From an uncultured Nitrospirales bacterium (GTDB lineage Bacteria > Nitrospirota > Nitrospiria > Nitrospirales > NS-4): a stretch of 64,000 bases of DNA. This document shows, piece by piece, positions 58,742-64,000 of this stretch. The stretch is taken from contig CAYYLQ010000011.1 in the NCBI GenBank assembly GCA_964472655.1, positions 11,227 to 75,226 on the forward strand, given 5' to 3'. The position numbers and the translations under genes were made by a program. Under the pieces are notes generated by a model. That model did not search any database, was not told where the DNA came from, and saw nothing but the letters and a program-made list of their open reading frames with translations. How positions within the stretch are numbered: the first letter of the stretch is position 1; every line of letters starts with the position of its first letter.

Positions 58742-59278
58742 CTATTTCCCGGTCTTGCCTTCCTTACGGATTAGAATTTCGCCGGCGTACTTGATGCCTT
58801 TGGCTTTGTACACATCTGGTTTCTTCAACGCGCGAATGTTCGCGGCCGTCTGGCCGACCAGCGCTTTATCCCTCCCTTTGATCATCACAATCGTTTGCTT
58901 GTCCACCTTCGCGTCAATGCCCTCCGGAAGAGGAAATTCGATGGCATGGGTATAGCCCAGGCTGAAACTGATGGTCCGTCCCGACAGATTTGCCTTGTAG
59001 CCCACGCCGCTAATCTCCAGGGTCCGTTCGAACCCTTCGGTCACGCCTTGAACCATGTTGCGGATCTCGTTGCGAATGAGGCCGTGGAGCGCGCGTTGAT
59101 GCCGCCCTTCGGAAACCCGACGGACCTCCACTTGTTTATTCGTCACCGCAACGGCGATTTCGGGAGGAACCACCCGCAGCAAGCTGCCCAACGGTCCCTT
59201 CACCGAGATTCGCTGGCCGTCAGCTTTGACCTCAACCTTGTCCGGAATCGGTACGGGTTTTCTGCCAATACGTGACAT
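58742..59278 (-). CDS. rplF: 50S ribosomal protein L6
   Basis: [15 protein letters not shown]. Confidence 0.95.
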   Translation of the reverse strand: MSRIGRKPVPIPDKVEVKADGQRISVKGPLGSLLRVVPPEIAVAVTNKQVEVRRVSEGRHQRALHGLIRNEIRNMVQGVTEGFERTLEISGVGYKANLSGRTISFSLGYTHAIEFPLPEGIDAKVDKQTIVMIKGRDKALVGQTAANIRALKKPDVYKAKGIKYAGEILIRKEGKTGK

Positions 59279-59293
59279 CGTGACCCTGTCGGT

Positions 59294-59692
59294 TTACCAG
59301 ACGTAGCATACGACTTCGCCGCCGGTCATCTGCGCGCGCGAGTCGGTTCCCGTCATTACCCCTTTGGGTGTCGAGAGGATGGTGATTCCCATCCCCCCTC
59401 TCACATTCGGAATGCGCGAACGCCGGACGTACACCCGTTTGCCCGGCCTGCTGATCCGGCGAATTCCGGTAATCATGGGAACTTCGTCCTCTTGATACCG
59501 GAGATGCAAACGGAGCACCGGATGCCCGTCTGCAGTCATGCGATCGACAGACTGGATAAACCCTTCCTTCTGCAGAACGCGGGCGATCTCAACTTTCAGC
59601 TTCGACGCCGGCATCTGCACCACGGCGTGCCGGCGCCGGGTAGCATTGGAAATGCGGTTGAACATATCGGCCAACGGATCGGTCATTGCCAT
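59294..59692 (-). CDS. rpsH: 30S ribosomal protein S8
   Basis: MAMTDPLADMFNRISNA. Confidence 0.95.
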   Translation of the reverse strand: MAMTDPLADMFNRISNATRRRHAVVQMPASKLKVEIARVLQKEGFIQSVDRMTADGHPVLRLHLRYQEDEVPMITGIRRISRPGKRVYVRRSRIPNVRGGMGITILSTPKGVMTGTDSRAQMTGGEVVCYVW

Positions 59693-59696
59693 AGCA

Positions 59697-59882
59697 TCAC
59701 CAGCTTGATTTCATAATGCCGGGAATTTCTCCCCGGAGGCTGAGGAATCGAAAGCAAATGCGGCAGAGCTTGAACTTGCGGAGGAACCCTCTAACCCGGC
59801 CGCAATTGGGACATCGGTTATACGCCCGAGTTGTGAACTTCGGGGTCTTTTTAACTTTTAATCGCAGCGCCAAGCGGGACAC
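59697..59882 (-). CDS. rpsN: 30S ribosomal protein S14, short Zn-ribbon (type Z) form
   Basis: 61 aa with CPNCGR..CRIC. Confidence 0.95.
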   Translation of the reverse strand: MSRLALRLKVKKTPKFTTRAYNRCPNCGRVRGFLRKFKLCRICFRFLSLRGEIPGIMKSSW

Positions 59883-59904
59883 AGTTCTGAAACCTCCTGT
59901 CAGA

Positions 59905-60543
59905 TCAGGTTCGATAGGGAATGCCCATGTGTTTCAAGAGCGCCTTCCCTTCATCATTGGTGGCGGCGGTCGTGACAATCGTGATGTCCATCCCGTGGAT
60001 GGACTCCACCGCATCATATTTGATTTCCGGAAAGATCAACTGCTCCTTCAGCCCCAGCGTGTAATTGCCGCGTCCGTCGAACGATTTCGGCGACACCCCC
60101 TTGAAGTCGCGAATGCGAGGGAGGGCAACGGTGATCAGGCGGTCTAAAAACTCATGCATGCGACGGCCACGCAGCGTGACCTTGGCTCCGATCGGGAGCC
60201 CTTTCCTGAGTTTGAAATTGGCGATGGCCTTGCGCGCTCTCGTCACCACCGGACGCTGCCCTGTGATAATCCCCAGTTCCTTCACCGCAGCATCCAGCAA
60301 CTTGACGTTCTGGGTCGCCTCCCCCATACCGACGTTGAGCACAATGCACTCGAGCCGCGGCACCTGCATGCGATTGCCGTATGAGAACTCTTTCATCAGT
60401 GCTGGAACGACTTTTTTCTGATAATGCTCCTGGAGCCTGACCGGACCTTTCGGTTCAGGCGCGGCCTTGACCGGCTTGCCTTCGGGCTTCGGCGTCGGTT
60501 TGGGATCGGGCTTCGCGACCGGCTTTTTCTCGGGTTTCGCCAC
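59905..60543 (-). CDS. rplE: 50S ribosomal protein L5 with a Lys/Pro-rich N-terminal extension
   Basis: The L5 core starts at [21 protein letters not shown] 60543 lies 2 nt after the L24 stop. Alternative starts are ATG 60582 and GTG 60591 (the tracked ORF). Confidence 0.9.
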   Translation of the reverse strand: MAKPEKKPVAKPDPKPTPKPEGKPVKAAPEPKGPVRLQEHYQKKVVPALMKEFSYGNRMQVPRLECIVLNVGMGEATQNVKLLDAAVKELGIITGQRPVVTRARKAIANFKLRKGLPIGAKVTLRGRRMHEFLDRLITVALPRIRDFKGVSPKSFDGRGNYTLGLKEQLIFPEIKYDAVESIHGMDITIVTTAATNDEGKALLKHMGIPYRT

Positions 60544-60545
60544 CG

Positions 60546-60926
60546 TTACGTCCGTTCCGGAGACTCGATCAGCTGCTGGCATTTCTTGCACACGCGGACG
60601 CGGGACCCGTCAGCCATCGTCTTCGATCCCACCCGCACCGGTTTGAGGCACGTCGCGCAATAAATCATCACGTTGGAAAGGTGAATCGGCGCTTCCCGCT
60701 CGAGAATGCCGCCCTGCCGGTTTTGCTGGTTTGGTTTTGTGTGCCGTTTGATGATATTGATCTTCTCTATCGTCACTTTCTGTGCACATCGCGACACCGA
60801 AAGGACTTTCCCTGATTTTCCGCGATCCTTCCCGGCAATCACAACGACCATATCCCCTTTACGCACCACACACTTGGGAGGCTCTGCAAGGGCACTGTTG
60901 GCGCTCAGCCACCCGCTTCTCCGCAT
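60546..60926 (-). CDS. rplX: 50S ribosomal protein L24 (with CxxC..CxxC and an N-terminal extension)
   Basis: KOW core [25 protein letters not shown] 60926 has GGAGG 7 nt upstream. GTG 60929 is the tracked alternative. Confidence 0.9.
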   Translation of the reverse strand: MRRSGWLSANSALAEPPKCVVRKGDMVVVIAGKDRGKSGKVLSVSRCAQKVTIEKINIIKRHTKPNQQNRQGGILEREAPIHLSNVMIYCATCLKPVRVGSKTMADGSRVRVCKKCQQLIESPERT

Positions 60927-61294
60927 CACAGCACCTCCGGCGCGAGCGAGATGATCTTCATGTATTTTTTCCAGCGCAGCTCGCGGGCCACGGGCCCGAA
61001 GATCCGGGTCCCCACCGGTTCTCCCTGGGCATTGATCAGCACGCAGGCATTGCGGTCAAACTTGATGTATGAACCGTCATCCCGCCGGAATCCCTTGGTC
61101 GTTCGGACGACGACCGCCTTGCTGATATCTCCTTTTTTGACGGTCGCTTGTGGAATCGCCTCTTTGACCGTCACCATGATGACATCACCGAGACCCCCGT
61201 ACCGACGCTTGGTGCCGCCGAATACATGAAAGCACATGACTTTTTTCGCGCCTGAGTTATCGGCCACATCCAACCTAGAATAGATTTGAATCAT
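60926..61294 (-). CDS. rplN: 50S ribosomal protein L14
   Basis: [17 protein letters not shown]. Confidence 0.95.
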   Translation of the reverse strand: MIQIYSRLDVADNSGAKKVMCFHVFGGTKRRYGGLGDVIMVTVKEAIPQATVKKGDISKAVVVRTTKGFRRDDGSYIKFDRNACVLINAQGEPVGTRIFGPVARELRWKKYMKIISLAPEVL

Positions 61295-61569
61295 CGCGCC
61301 CTGGCTTTTTCCACGACTTCCAAAACCCGGAAGTGTTTATCCTTGCTCAGCGGGCGAGTCTCCGCCAGCTTCACGCGGTCACCGATTTGGCATTCATTTT
61401 TTTCATCATGCGCCTTCAGCCGTGTGACACGGCGAAGCACCTTGCCATAGCGGCCATGGCGGACCAGCCGCTTCACAACCACGACAACAGTTTTTTGCAT
61501 TTTGTTGCTCACCACTTCCCCAACAAACTCGCGGCGGTGAGCGCGCTCAGCCTGTCCTGCGTGATTCAT
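61291..61569 (-). CDS. rpsQ: 30S ribosomal protein S17
   Basis: [18 protein letters not shown]. Confidence 0.9.
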   Translation of the reverse strand: MNHAGQAERAHRREFVGEVVSNKMQKTVVVVVKRLVRHGRYGKVLRRVTRLKAHDEKNECQIGDRVKLAETRPLSKDKHFRVLEVVEKARAR

Positions 61570-61801
61570 GTTTTCCCTGCCGCACTTTGCACGGCCCCGC
61601 CTTTCTGTTTTTCGCGGAGGATCGTCTTGACACGGGCGATTTCTCGGCGCGTGTGTTTGATTTTCGCCGGACTTTCAACACGGCCGGCTACAAATTGGAA
61701 GCGCAAGTTGAACAGTTCCTTTTTCAGGTCCCGCGCCTTTTCCTCCAATTCCACGTCCGTCAGATTGCGGAGATTCTTCACATGGAGCGCACGTGTCTCC
61801 A

Positions 61802-61802
<1 letters not shown>
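61566..61802 (-). CDS. rpmC: 50S ribosomal protein L29
   Basis: [26 protein letters not shown]. Confidence 0.9.
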
Positions 61803-62215
<413 letters not shown>

Positions 62216-62224
62216 GTCAGCCTC

Positions 62225-62893
62225 CTACCGCCGTCCCATCTCGCCTTCGCCCTTGCCGTGCTGCACGGCGGGAAGGATTTCGCCTTTGTAGATCCACGCC
62301 TTGATACCGATCTGCCCCATGGTCGTATGCGCCTCAGCAAACCCATAGTCCACATCGGCGCGAAGCGTATGCAAGGGAACACGGCCCTGCAGATACCACT
62401 CAGTCCGCGCGATTTCGGCCCCCGCCAGCCTGCCAGAGCACCGGATTTTGATGCCTTGGGCGCCCAGCCGAAGGGCCGAGGCCACACTGCGCTTCATGGC
62501 CCGGCGAAACGCCACACGTTTTTCGAGTTGCACGGCAATATTTTCAGTGACTAATTGCGCATCCAGTTCGGGCTTCTTGATTTCTTTGATCGTGATGTAC
62601 ACTTGACGGCTCAAGGTCTTTTCGAGGTCAGCCTTGAGCTTATCCACCTCGGCTCCTTTGCGCCCAATAATGATGCCGGGCCTGGCCGTATGGATGATGA
62701 CCGTGACCTGATCGCCGGAACGCTCAATCTCGACTTTCGAAACGCCCGCATGATAGAGCCGGCTCTTGACCATCTTGCGGACACGGATATCTTCGTGAAG
62801 CAGTTTGGCGTAATCACGATCGGCGTACCAACGGGAACTCCATGGCTTGACATAGCCAAGCCGCAATCCGACCGGATGTGATTTCTGGCCCAT
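62225..62893 (-). CDS. rpsC: 30S ribosomal protein S3
   Basis: [13 protein letters not shown]. Confidence 0.95.
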   Translation of the reverse strand: MGQKSHPVGLRLGYVKPWSSRWYADRDYAKLLHEDIRVRKMVKSRLYHAGVSKVEIERSGDQVTVIIHTARPGIIIGRKGAEVDKLKADLEKTLSRQVYITIKEIKKPELDAQLVTENIAVQLEKRVAFRRAMKRSVASALRLGAQGIKIRCSGRLAGAEIARTEWYLQGRVPLHTLRADVDYGFAEAHTTMGQIGIKAWIYKGEILPAVQHGKGEGEMGRR

Positions 62894-62898
62894 ACGGA

Positions 62899-63270
62899 TT
62901 AGTCCTTTGCTTTTTTCCCGGCCCTGGCTTCAACCGGCGCCACGGCGATCGTGATATGGCTCATTCGCTTGTGGATCGAAAACGCACGCCCTTGCGCACG
63001 CGGCTGAAACCGTTTGAGCGTCGGGCCGACATCCACATAAGCCTGACTCACACGTAAGTCTTCCGCGCCGCCGATCTCTTTGCCGGCCTGTTGCCCATTG
63101 GCTACCGCGGACAGCAGCACTTTTTCGACTACCCGCGCGGCCGCGCGAGGAGTGAATTTCAATAACGCCAGCGCGTCATTGACGTCGCACCCCCGGATCA
63201 AATCGACCACCGGGCGGGCTTTTCGGGGCGACACCCGCACATACCGCAACGTCGCACTCGCTTCAGCCAT
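62899..63270 (-). CDS. rplV: 50S ribosomal protein L22
   Basis: [22 protein letters not shown]. Confidence 0.95.
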   Translation of the reverse strand: MAEASATLRYVRVSPRKARPVVDLIRGCDVNDALALLKFTPRAAARVVEKVLLSAVANGQQAGKEIGGAEDLRVSQAYVDVGPTLKRFQPRAQGRAFSIHKRMSHITIAVAPVEARAGKKAKD

Positions 63271-63283
63271 ACCGATCCTGATC

Positions 63284-63571
63284 CTACTTCAGCGCCACGG
63301 CTTTTTCGCTCTTGACGGCGCCATGACCTTTGAAAAAGCGGGTGGGAGCGAACTCACCCAATTTATGCCCGACCATATTCTCAGTGATATAAATCGGGAT
63401 GAACTTTTTGCCGTTATGAATGGCCAGCGTGTGCCCGATCATCTCGGGGACGATCGTGGAACGACGCGACCACGTCTTGAGAATTTTCTTCTCTCCACCG
63501 GTATTCATCTGCTCGATCCGGCTCAACAACCTGGCATCGATAAAAGGGCCTTTAGCAACTGACCGTGGCAT
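63284..63571 (-). CDS. rpsS: 30S ribosomal protein S19
   Basis: [12 protein letters not shown]. Confidence 0.95.
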   Translation of the reverse strand: MPRSVAKGPFIDARLLSRIEQMNTGGEKKILKTWSRRSTIVPEMIGHTLAIHNGKKFIPIYITENMVGHKLGEFAPTRFFKGHGAVKSEKAVALK

Positions 63572-63600
63572 AGGTATCCTTCAGTTAAGCCTGAACTGTC

Positions 63601-64000
63601 CTACTTCTTCCGTCGCGAGATGATAAACTTCCCGGTCCGTTTGGTCCGTCTGGTTTTATACCCTTTGGTTTTTTGGCCCCAGGGCGTCACCGGATGCGGA
63701 TTGCCTGCGCCTGACTTCCCTTCGCCGCCGCCATGCGGATGGTCGACCGGATTCATGGCCACCCCACGAACGTGCGGCCGGCGCCCTTTCCACCGCTGCC
63801 GTCCCGCCTTGCCGACCGTCACGTTTTCATGATCAGCGTTCCCAACCTGGCCCACTGTCGCTTGGCAGGCCGCGAGGATCTTCCGCATCTCGCCTGACTT
63901 CAGGCGTACCTGGACATAGAGTCCGTCTCTCCCCATCACTTGAGCGGAGGCCCCCGCTCCTCGGATCAGCTGCCCTCCCCGGCCGGGTTTCAATTCGATG
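63601..64000 (-). CDS. rplB: 50S ribosomal protein L2, C-terminal part (5' end outside the window)
   Basis: [17 protein letters not shown]-type motif ([19 protein letters not shown]). The frame is open to the window edge. Confidence 0.9.
   Translation of the reverse strand, partial: IELKPGRGGQLIRGAGASAQVMGRDGLYVQVRLKSGEMRKILAACQATVGQVGNADHENVTVGKAGRQRWKGRRPHVRGVAMNPVDHPHGGGEGKSGAGNPHPVTPWGQKTKGYKTRRTKRTGKFIISRRKK

Overview
This is a 64-kb, high-GC, very gene-dense bacterial chromosomal segment. I saw no rRNA, tRNA, CRISPR or mobile elements. Most genes lie on the minus strand and are packed with overlapping stop/start codons (ATGA, GTGA, TTGA, TAATG). The ORF track prints alternative starts (GTG/TTG) as M, so several starts were re-assigned by eye. 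Left to right, the window contains: a Ski2/HelY-like helicase 3' part, a RecA1-only half-helicase and an AI-2E transporter (plus strand); a four-gene lipoprotein operon (LPP20 / LpoB-like / large lipoprotein / LPP20); acs; a metallophosphoesterase; purF-purL-purQ-purS-purB; nusB-ribH-ribBA; a NarK-type nitrate/nitrite porter; rpoH; a large nitrogen-control cluster (nadE, an outer-membrane beta-barrel candidate, glnB, glnD, glnA, amt, glnK and a third P-II gene); a heavy-metal RND efflux operon with Met-rich adaptor; a GAF-GAF-ANTAR RNA-binding regulator; aroB-aroC; pilQPONM behind a small MerR-like HTH gene; rpoN-lptB-lptA-lptC; and the alpha/spc/S10 ribosomal protein clusters through secY, ending inside rplB. 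The most interesting signal is regulatory. Two leaders in the nitrogen cluster, upstream of amt and upstream of the last P-II gene, carry tandem hairpins with A1/G4 hexaloops. The second hairpin in each competes with a strong intrinsic terminator, which is the architecture of ANTAR antiterminator substrates, and an orphan GAF-GAF-ANTAR protein is encoded about 15 kb away. Other points: a sigma-54 promoter candidate inside a palindrome upstream of glnB-glnD-glnA, an L24 with a CxxC..CxxC knuckle, extended L5 and L17, and a heavily structured cusA-nadE spacer. All calls rest on reading the translations and sequence by eye. No database search was run.
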